Below are positions 40,287-51,000 of a DNA stretch of 60,537 bases, piece after piece. This stretch comes from Ignavibacteria bacterium (lineage in GTDB: Bacteria; Bacteroidota; Ignavibacteria; Ignavibacteriales; SURF-24), in the NCBI GenBank assembly GCA_037140715.1, contig JBAXDX010000003.1:1-60537 (forward strand), read 5' to 3'. A model generated the notes under the pieces. It was not told where the DNA came from and did not search any database. It saw only the letters and a list, made by a program, of their open reading frames with translations. Positions within the stretch are counted from its first letter, which is position 1; each line of letters starts with the position of its first letter. Made by a program: the position numbers and the translations under genes.

Positions 40287-41286
40287 GAAACTGCCTGCCT
40301 GTCAGAGAGCTGTCCTTTATGAAACGAACATCCCTGTAATTTTTTCTGAGTAGCTTTTTATTTTCCCCGTTATAGCCGACAGCATAATTATATTCCTTCT
40401 CCGGCACATGTATCGTAATACTACCCTCTGAAGCTTCCCCTAACTGAGCAAAAGTCTCCTTCCATAATTCCGATAAGACCAGTTCGCGGAACGATACATG
40501 GAACGGCCCCGCCACAAGCGATTCTCCGCTAAGAAGTCCTTCGGACGGATGCAGCCCTGCACGTATAATATTTACCCTGCCTTCCTCAAATATTTTAAAT
40601 AACTCCTTTGACCAGAGTACGGCTTCGTCAAGATTAAGCGGCTTATATTTCCCCGACAGATACATCTCTTCAAGCTTTGTATTTTTAATTACCAGCGCAG
40701 GATATATCCTCGTATTATCGGCTCCAAGCGAGATAATTTTGCGCGCCGTATAAATCGACTTCTCCAGCGTATCACCAGGCAGACCTGTCATCATCTGCAA
40801 CCCAAGCGAAAAGCCGGGAGAAGTTATCATCTCAGATGCTTTCACAACATCCAAAGCCTTATGACCGCGCCCGCTAAGCCTTAGTACATCATCATCGAGC
40901 GACTGCGCACCAAGCTCGATTGTCCCGACATTATACGACTTCAGAAACCGGAGTATCTCCGGGCTAATATAATCCGGGCGCGTAGAAATTCTGATTGAGC
41001 TGACGAGTCCTTTATCGATATATACATTAGCGATTTTAAGAAGCTTTTCCTGTTCCGAAACGCTTACACCCGTAAAATTCCCACCAAAGAAACCTATCTC
41101 AACCGCACTCTTTTTATTATCAATTGTATGAAGATACCTTTCAATCAGACCGGTTATTTCATCAGGCTCAGGGATTTTAAGATGTCCTGAGATTTCCTTC
41201 TGATTGCAAAAAACACATTGAAACGGACAGGCAAGTCCCGGGATAAATATTGGTATCGTAAAATGTTTACCGGCTTTAACAGGCAT
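40270..41286 (-). CDS. Radical SAM protein (Elp3/YhcC-like core, no GNAT domain)
   Basis: CPFQCVFC cluster motif; GG.FT, STRPD, ELGAQS and M.GLPG motifs. Confidence 0.9.
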   Translation of the reverse strand: MPVKAGKHFTIPIFIPGLACPFQCVFCNQKEISGHLKIPEPDEITGLIERYLHTIDNKKSAVEIGFFGGNFTGVSVSEQEKLLKIANVYIDKGLVSSIRISTRPDYISPEILRFLKSYNVGTIELGAQSLDDDVLRLSGRGHKALDVVKASEMITSPGFSLGLQMMTGLPGDTLEKSIYTARKIISLGADNTRIYPALVIKNTKLEEMYLSGKYKPLNLDEAVLWSKELFKIFEEGRVNIIRAGLHPSEGLLSGESLVAGPFHVSFRELVLSELWKETFAQLGEASEGSITIHVPEKEYNYAVGYNGENKKLLRKNYRDVRFIKDSSLTGRQFRAYFN

Positions 41287-41443
41287 AAAAATATCTTCTC
41301 AAATTTCATAAAACAGGACTGTAACATACAAACTTCAGCGTAGTAATTCTATAAACATATTACCCGGATGTAACAGGAAATCATTGATAACAACAATATC
41401 ATCCTAACAATATGGCAGAAATACCCTGACATTATTACATATC

Positions 41444-41513
41444 TGCCAAAGATTTTACCGGGGAAGTATATTCAGAATCTATAAGGCTCTCAGTTAACAG
41501 CGTAAAAACCAGT
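41444..41513 (+). repeat. Dispersed ~70-bp repeat (copy 2), probable solo IS end
   Basis: 24-bp identity plus extended similarity to 30157-30225. Confidence 0.8.
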
Positions 41514-41814
41514 TTAATCCCCCGGACTATCATCCCTGCTTTGAAACCATGATTTTTACTGTTTAGAATTAGAAATGTCCGATGGATTACGATTAAGGAG
41601 ATGCTCCTGCTTTATTATCAGACTCCTTTGAAATTTTATTGGCTGTTATTTCAATTTTGTTAATTTGTAGTTGGTGTTTACATCTGTTTTTCGCATCTTT
41701 GTTTTACATTTTGGGTTGTTTATTTTTGTTGTTTAATACTTAGCGCGTTAAATGCGCAAAAGGTTTTTGTCCGCTCAGTTTAGTTATTAATCACTAATAA
41801 GAAAAGGCTTTTAT

Positions 41815-43065
41815 ATGTTCGATCCTGACTACAGATTTACATGTGCGGATAGATTTCTTAATTATGTTAAGTATGATACGCAGTCTGATGAGGATTCAAA
41901 TACATTCCCAAGCTCGGCAAAGCAACTGATATTTTTGAAAGTTCTGGTAAAAGAGCTGAAGGCGGTTGGTCTGGAAGACGCGCATCTCGATGAATATGGC
42001 TACGTTATTGCCACGTTGCCGTCAAATGTCGATAAGGATGTGCCGGTCATAGGTTTTATCGCTCACGTTGATACTTCTCCGGCTGTAACTGGACTAAATG
42101 TAAATCCCATTATACATAAAAACTATCAGGGGGGCGATATTGTTCTGCCTAATGATAAAACTCAGGTAATTGAAGCAGAAAAAAACCCTGACCTGAAGAA
42201 CATGGCAGGCTTTGACATAATAACAACGGATGGAACAACCCTGCTTGGCGCCGATAACAAGGCTGGTGTAGCTGAGATAATCGATGCTATGAATTATATG
42301 ATCCGGCATTCTGAAGTAAAACATGGAACTATAAAAGTCTGCTTTACTCCCGATGAGGAAGTAGGCCGCGGCACAGAGAAGTTTGATGTTGAAAAATTCG
42401 GAGCGAAGTATGCCTATACTGTAGATGGTTCATCGAGGGGCGAAGTTGAAATAGAAACATTCAGCGCCGATGCGGTTGTCGTTAAATTTATAGGCAGGAA
42501 CATACACCCGGGATATGCAAAGGATAAAATGGTTAACGCAATAAAGGTTGCCTCTTACTTTATTGACAGTCTTCCGAAAGACCACCTTTCACCCGAGACT
42601 ACAGAGAAGCGCGAGGGATTTATTCATGTTACATCGGTTAACGGAAATGAAGAACTTGTTGTCGTCAGGTTTATCGCGCGCGATTTTGTAACCGAAAAGC
42701 TGGAAGAATATGAGATACTCCTAAAAGAACTGGCTGAAAAAGCGGTGGAGGCATTCCCTGGTTCCAGAATGGATTATGAAATTATCGAACAGTACCGCAA
42801 TATGAAATACGTGCTGGAGAACTATCCGCAGGTTGCCGAATATGCCATTGAAGCTTTAGGTCGACTTGGCATACAGCCGATACTTTCGCCAATCAGAGGA
42901 GGTACGGACGGTTCAAGACTTTCGTACATGGGACTGCCAACGCCAAATATATTTGCAGGCGAACACAGCTTCCACAGCCGGCTGGAATGGGTAGCCGTAC
43001 AGGATATGGAAATGTCCGTCAGGAATATTGTAACTATTGCAGAAGTATGGGCTGAAAAGTCCTGA
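41815..43065 (+). CDS. pepT: Peptidase T
   Basis: AHVDTS, LGADNKAG, FTPDEE.GRG and IRGGTDG motifs. Confidence 0.96.
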   Translation: MFDPDYRFTCADRFLNYVKYDTQSDEDSNTFPSSAKQLIFLKVLVKELKAVGLEDAHLDEYGYVIATLPSNVDKDVPVIGFIAHVDTSPAVTGLNVNPIIHKNYQGGDIVLPNDKTQVIEAEKNPDLKNMAGFDIITTDGTTLLGADNKAGVAEIIDAMNYMIRHSEVKHGTIKVCFTPDEEVGRGTEKFDVEKFGAKYAYTVDGSSRGEVEIETFSADAVVVKFIGRNIHPGYAKDKMVNAIKVASYFIDSLPKDHLSPETTEKREGFIHVTSVNGNEELVVVRFIARDFVTEKLEEYEILLKELAEKAVEAFPGSRMDYEIIEQYRNMKYVLENYPQVAEYAIEALGRLGIQPILSPIRGGTDGSRLSYMGLPTPNIFAGEHSFHSRLEWVAVQDMEMSVRNIVTIAEVWAEKS

Positions 43066-43191
43066 TAAGTAAAAGCGCTTTTGTATAAAATACATGATAT
43101 GTAATATATTTCATTCCGTACAGCAATGCGTCTGTACAATCATTCGCAATTTTATAATAATTTGGTAAAAGTTAAGGAGATTAAGCCGGAT

Positions 43192-44043
43192 ATGTCAGAC
43201 CATCTTAAAAAAGCTACAACGCTTGCGCTTTGGACAAATGTATTTTTGTTTGTCATAAAACTAACTGTGGGCATAATCTCTAATTCCATCACAATGATTT
43301 CTGAGGCTGTAAACTCCTCGACAGACATAATCTCATCGATTGCTATCAAGTACAGCGTAAGGATATCATCTCAAAAGCCTGATAATGATCATCAGTTCGG
43401 ACATACGGCTGCCCAGCCTATTGCTACCTTTATTGTTGCTGTATTTGCCGGTGTGCTCGGACTGGATATCATTCAGGAGTCTATAAAAAGAATTATCAGT
43501 CCGGCCGATGTCAGCATAAATAAATATGTTTATATAGTTCTTGGCATTACCATAGTCTCAAAGATACTTTTAAACCGTTACCAGATTCACATTGGTAAAA
43601 AATTTAACAGTCCGGCTATAAGGGCGCAGTCGGTTGACAGCATAAATGATGTGCTTGCCTCATCGATTGCGCTGATAGGCATCATCGGTGTTCAGGCAGG
43701 TTATCCGAGAATCGATGGAGTAGGGGGGCTTGTAGTTGCCTTCTTTATCCTTCGTTCGGGCTATGAAATAGGGAAAGAAAATATTGATTACCTGATGGGA
43801 CGCGCGGCAGATGAAAATCTTATCATGGAAATTACAACCCGCGCTTTGAAAGTAAAGGGAGTAGAAGGTTTAAACGACCTGCGTTCACATTATGTAGGGG
43901 ATAAATTTCATATCGAGATACACATTGAAGTAAATAAACTGGCAACAACCAAAGAATCTCACGATATTGGCAAAGGTGTTGAATACGCTATAGAGGATTT
44001 GCCGAACGTGCAGAAGGCTTTTGTGCATATTGACCCGGTTTGA
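43192..44043 (+). CDS. Cation diffusion facilitator family transporter (start set at ATG 43192)
   Basis: H.FGH motif, DS.ND motif, C-terminal VHIDP; AAGGAG RBS upstream. Confidence 0.9.
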   Translation: MSDHLKKATTLALWTNVFLFVIKLTVGIISNSITMISEAVNSSTDIISSIAIKYSVRISSQKPDNDHQFGHTAAQPIATFIVAVFAGVLGLDIIQESIKRIISPADVSINKYVYIVLGITIVSKILLNRYQIHIGKKFNSPAIRAQSVDSINDVLASSIALIGIIGVQAGYPRIDGVGGLVVAFFILRSGYEIGKENIDYLMGRAADENLIMEITTRALKVKGVEGLNDLRSHYVGDKFHIEIHIEVNKLATTKESHDIGKGVEYAIEDLPNVQKAFVHIDPV

Positions 44044-44181
44044 GAATATTTAATTTTCAGCAACTGCTGAGTTGATATTTCTTATTTCTCTTTATGAATA
44101 TTCATATTACTGGAAGTTTTAATTAACTTTTTTGTATTTTAGCAAACAAAATTATTTAACTAAATTATTGGAGATAGATAG

Positions 44182-44901
44182 ATGAAACGCTCTTTATATG
44201 TACTACTGGTTCTTGCTGTTTTCAGCTTTTCGGCATGCAGAAAAAACGGACACAAACCTGGCAACGCTCCGGCAATGACAGGCACCGTTCATACGGCAAA
44301 GGTTATTGATAAAATGAATGCTACGAATTACACATACATGCTGGTAAATGAAAACAGCTCATATTACTGGATTGCCGTACCCCAACTGGTCATTGAGGAA
44401 GGTGAAACCATAAGCTTTTCGCGTGCGATGGAAATGAAGAATTTCAAAAGCGAAACCTTAAAACGTACATTTGAATCGATACTTTTTGTTGAAGACTGCG
44501 TAAGGGGAGGACAGGAAGGCAACGGACAGGCGACAACGGGCGGAGCTATGCCGGCTCATCCGCAGGTTAAATCAGTCCCTGAACAGGTGGCAGTTGAATC
44601 TGCCAAAGGAGGAAAAACCGTAGCTCAGATATTTAAGGAGAAAGCCGCACTTAACGGTAAAATAGTTAAAGTCAGAGGCAAGGTAACAAAGTATAACCCG
44701 GGCATTATGGACCGCAACTGGATACATATTCAGGATGGAACAAACGATGCAGGCAACTATGACCTGATGGTAACAAGCAAGGAAAGCACGAACGTAGGCG
44801 AAGTTATTACGGTTGAAGGTAAGGTAGCTGTCGATATTGACTTCGGTGCGGGCTATTCTTATCCTGTCATGATTGAAAATACAAAAATTACGAAAGAATA
44901 A
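44182..44901 (+). CDS. Lipoprotein with NrfJ-like N-terminal domain and C-terminal OB-fold
   Basis: Lipobox FSA-C; YTY.LV.E....WIA.P, F.S.TL.RTF..I.F, NWIHIQDG and DFGAGY.Y motifs. Confidence 0.65.
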   Translation: MKRSLYVLLVLAVFSFSACRKNGHKPGNAPAMTGTVHTAKVIDKMNATNYTYMLVNENSSYYWIAVPQLVIEEGETISFSRAMEMKNFKSETLKRTFESILFVEDCVRGGQEGNGQATTGGAMPAHPQVKSVPEQVAVESAKGGKTVAQIFKEKAALNGKIVKVRGKVTKYNPGIMDRNWIHIQDGTNDAGNYDLMVTSKESTNVGEVITVEGKVAVDIDFGAGYSYPVMIENTKITKE

Positions 44902-44926
44902 TCTGTCGGTTGTAAAATCTTTTCTC

Positions 44927-44966
44927 AAAAAAGGCGGAACGTATTTTTATGCTCCGCTTTTTTTTT
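44927..44966 (+). terminator. Rho-independent (possibly bidirectional) terminator
   Basis: A6-GGCGGA...TCCGCT followed by a long T run. Confidence 0.75.
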
Positions 44967-45030
44967 GCATTGACAAATACTATAGCCGGTTTATTTATCT
45001 TACATACTGAAATATTTTAGAGAGCAGTTT

Positions 45031-45489
45031 ATGAAAAATTTTTATGATACTAAAGACCGGGTCGCGCTTACTGAAAGAATTAATAAGCTGACAGCCGGAA
45101 GCGAAAGGCTCTGGGGAAGTATGACCGTTTCCCAGACCGTATGCCACATGACCGATCAACTGAGAATGACCGATGGCAAAATAAAAACCAAACCTGTGGG
45201 CACAGTTATTTACCGTACACTACTCAAATGGCTTGTTCTTACAATAGTCAAAGCTCCAAAGGGGAAGATTAAGACTGTGCCCGAAATTGATCAGGATAAG
45301 CAGGGAACAAAACCGACTGAATTCGCCAGAGATGTTGCACAATTATTTCAGATGATGGACAGATTCGCCTCAGAGGAGAACAAAGTTGTGCTTTATCCGC
45401 ATCCTGCCTTTGGAAAACTGACAAAATGGCAGTGGGGACGACTGATATATCTTCACATGGATCATCACCTTAGACAATTTGGTATATAG
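45031..45489 (+). CDS. DinB-superfamily / DUF1569 protein
   Basis: WG.M...Q...H, HP.FG.L and H.DHHLRQF motifs. Confidence 0.85.
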   Translation: MKNFYDTKDRVALTERINKLTAGSERLWGSMTVSQTVCHMTDQLRMTDGKIKTKPVGTVIYRTLLKWLVLTIVKAPKGKIKTVPEIDQDKQGTKPTEFARDVAQLFQMMDRFASEENKVVLYPHPAFGKLTKWQWGRLIYLHMDHHLRQFGI

Positions 45490-45528
45490 TTGTTTTGTAA
45501 GATTATATAATAAGAGGAAATTAATAAT

Positions 45529-45975
45529 ATGGACAAATCGGAAGATGCAGTAGAAAAATTTATGTCGGGATTCAACTGTTCCCAGTCAGTCTTTTCAACT
45601 TACTCAGAAAAACTTGGTCTCGATAGTCAGACAGCATTAAAAGTTGCATGTCCATTTGGAGCAGGGATGGCTTACAGCGGTGAAACCTGCGGAGCTGTTA
45701 CAGGTGCCTTAATGCTGATTGGATTAAAGTACGGCAAGTATAGTCTTGACGATCTGGCGGCAAAAGAAAAGACTTACTCCCTTACACATAAGTTCATAGA
45801 AGAGTTCAGGAAACAGTACGGTTCGCTTAAATGTAGCGATCTGCTTGGCTACGATATGACTAAACCTGAAGAACGGGAAGTAGTACTGGCTGACAGTATT
45901 AATAAAGTTACATGCCCGAAGTATGTGCAGAACGCATCAGAGTTAATCGAAAAGCTTTTGTTTGAAGGAAAATAG
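45529..45975 (+). CDS. C_GCAxxG_C_C family putative redox protein
   Basis: NCSQSV, FG.GM...CGAVTG, C..LLG and C..YV motifs. Confidence 0.88.
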   Translation: MDKSEDAVEKFMSGFNCSQSVFSTYSEKLGLDSQTALKVACPFGAGMAYSGETCGAVTGALMLIGLKYGKYSLDDLAAKEKTYSLTHKFIEEFRKQYGSLKCSDLLGYDMTKPEEREVVLADSINKVTCPKYVQNASELIEKLLFEGK

Positions 45976-46147
45976 CTCCCCCGACATACTATCTGTTTCC
46001 GCATGGCTTCTCATAATTATAAGTAATGAATCCCATTTTATCGCTTTCGTGAAATTTAGAAGGCGATAATCTATAACGATGCTAAGTCTGGCATGTTCAA
46101 GGCGCGTCTTTTTTATGCTGGATACGAGATTATTTTCAATCCTGCAG

Positions 46148-46339
46148 TTATATATCCGTATCGGCTGCAGGCATTACAATCCAGAGAATGATATAAACTA
46201 AGACCCCTGGGAAGCCAGCGCTGAATATTGAAATTAACACATAGGCTATGCGAATCATGACAGGGTCAAAGCCCAGCCATTCGGCAATACCGCCACAGAC
46301 ACCGGCAATCATTTTATTCTTCGTTTTTTTTAAGGGCAT
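46148..46339 (-). CDS. PspC domain membrane protein (start set at ATG 46339)
   Basis: K.IAGVCGGIAE..G.D...IR and YIILWIVMP motifs; GAGG RBS. Confidence 0.88.
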   Translation of the reverse strand: MPLKKTKNKMIAGVCGGIAEWLGFDPVMIRIAYVLISIFSAGFPGVLVYIILWIVMPAADTDI

Positions 46340-46500
46340 GAAAACCTCGTTATTAAAATTAGGATATGTAACGGCTATAAATTTATTATGGCAGTAAATA
46401 GTATTAACAAATACCCCATTTTTCTTAATAAATGACATATTGCTGTTGAGCTTTACGTCAGCCTGTGTGTTTTATTTATTAAATATTGTTCCCGATATAA

Positions 46501-47259
46501 ATGATTACAAAAAATGAACTGCTGAAATATTCTTCTTTATTAAAAAAGAAAGGCAGAAAGGAAGAAAATAAATTTATCGTGGAAGGGAAGCGTTTGGTTG
46601 AAGAGGGACTAAATAGTTCGTTCACTTTAGCAGCTCTTTTCTCTTCTGTAAATTTCGCGAATAGTAATCCTGAATTTATCGCAAAATATCTCAATAAAGG
46701 ATTAGAAATTCTGCCCGGACATGATTTTGAGAGGCTTTGCGATACTAAAACTCCCCAGGGTATCGCCGCCGTCTTTGAAATACCAGACTGGACAGAGCAG
46801 GTTTTTGGTAATGGAAATCTTATAGTTGCCCTCAACGATATTTCTGACCCTGGTAATGCCGGAACAATTCTAAGAACCTGTAACTGGTTTGGCATTACAG
46901 AGGTACTGGCAAGTGAGAACACAGTCGATTTATTTAACCCAAAGCTTGTCCGCTCAAGTATGGGTTCTCTGTTTCACATACTTGCAAAGCAATCTGCTAA
47001 TATTGTAAGGGAGCTTGAAGAACTGCACAAGCGGGATTACAGAATATTGGTTGCAGATACGGAAGGAGATAACATATATCAGTTCAACCCTGGCGGTCCG
47101 GCTGTAATTGTTTTTTGTAATGAAGCAAATGGTCCATCGCCGGAGATATTAAGGCTGACAGATAAAACCATTACTATTCCAAAGTATGGGAGGGCTGAAT
47201 CGCTAAATGTAGCCAGTGCCGCGGCTGTTATTCTCTCCGAATTAAGAAAAGTCAGATAA
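46501..47259 (+). CDS. TrmH/SpoU family RNA methyltransferase
   Basis: DPGN.GTILR, NE..G and ESLNVA motifs. Confidence 0.92.
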   Translation: MITKNELLKYSSLLKKKGRKEENKFIVEGKRLVEEGLNSSFTLAALFSSVNFANSNPEFIAKYLNKGLEILPGHDFERLCDTKTPQGIAAVFEIPDWTEQVFGNGNLIVALNDISDPGNAGTILRTCNWFGITEVLASENTVDLFNPKLVRSSMGSLFHILAKQSANIVRELEELHKRDYRILVADTEGDNIYQFNPGGPAVIVFCNEANGPSPEILRLTDKTITIPKYGRAESLNVASAAAVILSELRKVR

Positions 47260-47340
47260 AATTAGTCCCCGTGTTATAGATTCGCTAAGAAATTTTGTTG
47301 GATCACGTCTGTATTTTTAGAACAGACCGGCCTGTTTGAT

Positions 47341-48021
47341 CTACTGCTTGTCATCCGATGGAGTGTCGAGATCTACCATCTTAATATTGTTTATGTATTG
47401 TGAGAAGTTCGGGCTTTTAATTGCCTTAAATTTTTCCAGGACTACATTGATTTCTTTTATAGCAGTTTCAATAAATCCAATCTTCTTCAAAACAGCTTCG
47501 CGGGAAATTACTTCTTTGTTGATTTCTCTTCTTATTGATGCTGTGGAAAGGTTTATTAAAGTCAGAGGCTGTTTGATTTCATGGTTTGCCGTAACAACTG
47601 TAGCGGCAAATGTGTCTATTTTTTCAAGCTCCAGAAGAAGCTTTGTAGATTCCTTCAGTTTAAGGGCTGAAGTTATTCTTGCAAGGAGATCAACTTTATT
47701 GACTGGTTTCCTGATATAATCAAACGCTCCGGCCTGCAGCCCTTCCCTTGTGCTTTCAGCCTCTGTCCTGGCTGTTACAAATATGACGGGGATCCCCTTT
47801 GTAGTAGGAGTGCTTACAAGTATACGGCAAACCTCTAGTCCGCTCATGCCGGGCATCATAACATCGAGAAGTATAATATCGGGAATTTCGTTAAAAGCGC
47901 GCTCAAGACCACTCTGCCCGTCATAGGCGGTTATGACTTCATAGCCTTCGCGCTGAAGTCTTTCCTGCATCAGGAATACACTATCAGGATGATCATCAAT
48001 AACAAGTATCTTTTTTGCCAT
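47341..48021 (-). CDS. Response regulator with a C-terminal HisKA-like helix pair (no HATPase domain)
   Basis: IDD...LLDVMMP...KP receiver followed by TANHEIKQPL. Confidence 0.85.
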   Translation of the reverse strand: MAKKILVIDDHPDSVFLMQERLQREGYEVITAYDGQSGLERAFNEIPDIILLDVMMPGMSGLEVCRILVSTPTTKGIPVIFVTARTEAESTREGLQAGAFDYIRKPVNKVDLLARITSALKLKESTKLLLELEKIDTFAATVVTANHEIKQPLTLINLSTASIRREINKEVISREAVLKKIGFIETAIKEINVVLEKFKAIKSPNFSQYINNIKMVDLDTPSDDKQ

Positions 48022-48023
48022 GA

Positions 48024-51000
48024 TTAAACTTTTGCTGATTTGTTAAGTAATATTTTTTCTATTTTAAAGGCTAAGAGACTCGGATTTACAGGTTTTGGGA
48101 TAAAATCATCAAAGCCGTTTTTGATTACAATTTCTTTTTCCTCAATCATTGCGAGAGCCGAAAGGGCAAAAACCGGAATATGGGAAATATTCTTATCGGC
48201 TCTTATTCTTTTGATAGTCTCGAAACCATCCATCAGAGGCATCATAATATCGAGTAGTATCAGGTCAGGTGTATATTGCTGAAGCGCTGAGAGGCACTCT
48301 AAACCATTATGTCCAAAGACAGTTTCACAACCGGTCCTGCGCACAATTTCTCCGACTGTAAAAAGCGTATCGGTATCATCATCAACAATAAGAACCTTAT
48401 GTTTCTCAGGTGTGTCGCTTCTTGTCCCGGCATTTTTATCTGTGGAAGAATCCATAAAAATTTCCTGTACATCCTTACCGGTTAACCCCTCTTCAAAATA
48501 AACTTTGTCTCTTATCAGGCGCAGAATATCGCGCGGATTACCTTTTGAAAGCATTGCCATTTTCTCGACAGCACTATTAAGCGTTGCCTTGTCATTAGCC
48601 GAAAGCTCCTGATTAATGCAGAGCATGACCGGAATATCCATGGTATCAATTGAATTTGCTAGTTTACTGACCAGATACATACCTCCATCTTCATTCGCTA
48701 GTGAATCAATCAGGATAATATCCGGCTGAAGCTTTGAAACCAGGCGCAGTGCGGAAGAAGCATTATCAATGAACTCAGCCTTATAGCCAATGCGGTTAAG
48801 CTTTTCTTTAATGTCTAAAAATGCTATTTCATCCGCGCCTAAATAAACAATATTTCGAATCTGCTTTTGCGCAAGGCGTTCCAGCTTATTAAATGAACTG
48901 ATAACAGACTTTTCCTCAAAGGGCATCAACAGAAAGTCATAAACATTAAGTCCGTAACCTATATTAAGTTCTTCCAGAAGTGCCATCATGATAACAGGAA
49001 TATCCTTTACCAGTTCCGACTTCTTTAATTCAGTCAAAATATCCCAGGCTGAGTTTTCTTCAAATCTTGTATTTATAACAATGGCAATTGGAAAACTTTC
49101 TTCGGCTGCCGTCATTGCCATGCTTGCACCTGTAACTCTGTCAACCTTATAGCCTTTGAGAGTAAAATATTGTTTTACAATATTCAGGCACTCATTATCA
49201 TTATCTATTACCAGGATTGACTTTGAAAAGATACCGGGGACATACTCGGAAAACGGAATAACTTTATCTGTCAGTTCTGTTTGTATAAACTTAACCGGAA
49301 TAGTGAAGATAAACTTTGAACCTTTCCCAGGTTTGCTATGGCAGATAAGCGTGCCGTTAAGAAGTTCAGCATATTTTCGGCTGATGGCAAGCCCGAGTCC
49401 GGCACCACTATACTTGCGTTTTGATGTGCCGTCAAGCTGGCGGAATTCTTCAAAAATAATTTCCTTATCGCTGTCAGATATGCCAATGCCGGTATCACTT
49501 ACTTCAAAACTGACTGATGAATCATCAGGTATATTTATATCCAGCTCAATATTGCCGTGCTCGGTGAACTTGACCGCGTTACTTAAGAGATTTATCAGTA
49601 CCTGAAGTATTTTAAACTTATCTGCAAAGACAGCAGCTTCGGCTCCGGCAAAGTTATTAATACCAAACAATATTTCTTTGCTTTTTAGCAGCGGGATGAT
49701 GTTTGCCTTAATTTCCTCAGTCAGTTCGCTAAACCTGAAATTTTCATTTTGAATTTCCATGCGCCCTGCTTCAAGCCGTGAGAAATTGAGAATATCATTT
49801 ATCAGGTTCATCAGACGGTTTCCGTTGCGGAAAACTATTTCAAGCTTCTCATGGCTTAACTGGTTCAGAGGCTGTTCATGCAGCATCAGTTCAGTAAGTC
49901 CAAGTATGGAATTAAGCGGAGTCTTAAGTTCATGCGACATACTGGCAAGGAACTGTGATTTAAGCATGGCAGACTCAACTGCCTTGCCTCTCTGCTGTTC
50001 AAGCTCTTCCGCTTTCTCTTCCAGTTGTTTATGAAGTTCGAGCAGTATTTTGTTCTGACTGGTTATCTGCTCATTCTGCTTTAAGTAATCATCGTTTAAT
50101 TTTTTCAATTCATCGACAAGATTCTCAAGCTGATTGAAAGCTCCGGCATTACTTAACCCGATAGCAAGCTGGTGATCGATATTGGCAAGGTATTCCTTAA
50201 CCCCCGCTTTAAGCTCATTGACCGAAGCAAGCTCAAGTATCGCGATTACTTTCTTATTATATATGACAGGGTAAAGCAGGAGATATTTTACTTCGAGGCT
50301 TACAAGTCCGGCATCAAGCTTCGGAAGATTATCGCTGAATGAAAACTCAGCCGGCTCGCCCTTTTCCTGAATTGTCTGATACAAACCAATGTTTATTCCG
50401 GCCGCTTTAATAAGCTCGTTGTGAAGTCCGAATGAAGATATGAGTCTTATGTATCCATTTTCTATTAGAAAAAGCCTTCCAACGGTAAAACCGGTAGCTT
50501 TAATAATTTTATTTAGAGCTGCTTCAGATACTTCCTTCAGCGTAGGGTTCTGATTAATTAATGTAATAAACTCGGTATATTCATTTTTAGCCGACTGATT
50601 GCGTTCAAGCTCATCAAGCATATTATTGAACACAAGCCCAAGACTGCCAAGTTCATCTTTGGTTAGCATACTGACGCGGTGCTTCAGATCACCGCCACGG
50701 GTGATATCAGCCGCTCTGGAAAGCTGGGTTATCTGACGGCGAATTTTTTCTGTAAATATCAGCACAAGAATTAGTGAAAGGAATATGCCTGTAAAACCAA
50801 TTATAACAAGAATATTATTAATATTGTCTCTTAATTCGGCGGCTTCAGGCAAGGTGGTGAAAATAAGAAAGCCAATATTTGAGTCCACAAAATGCAATTC
50901 CTTAGGCGAATAATAAGTAGCATAAAAATCAGCATTGGCAAGTTCTTCTTTTGCAATATCAAAATTGTTTTTCAACAGAAGCTCCCTGGCTGACTGTGCA

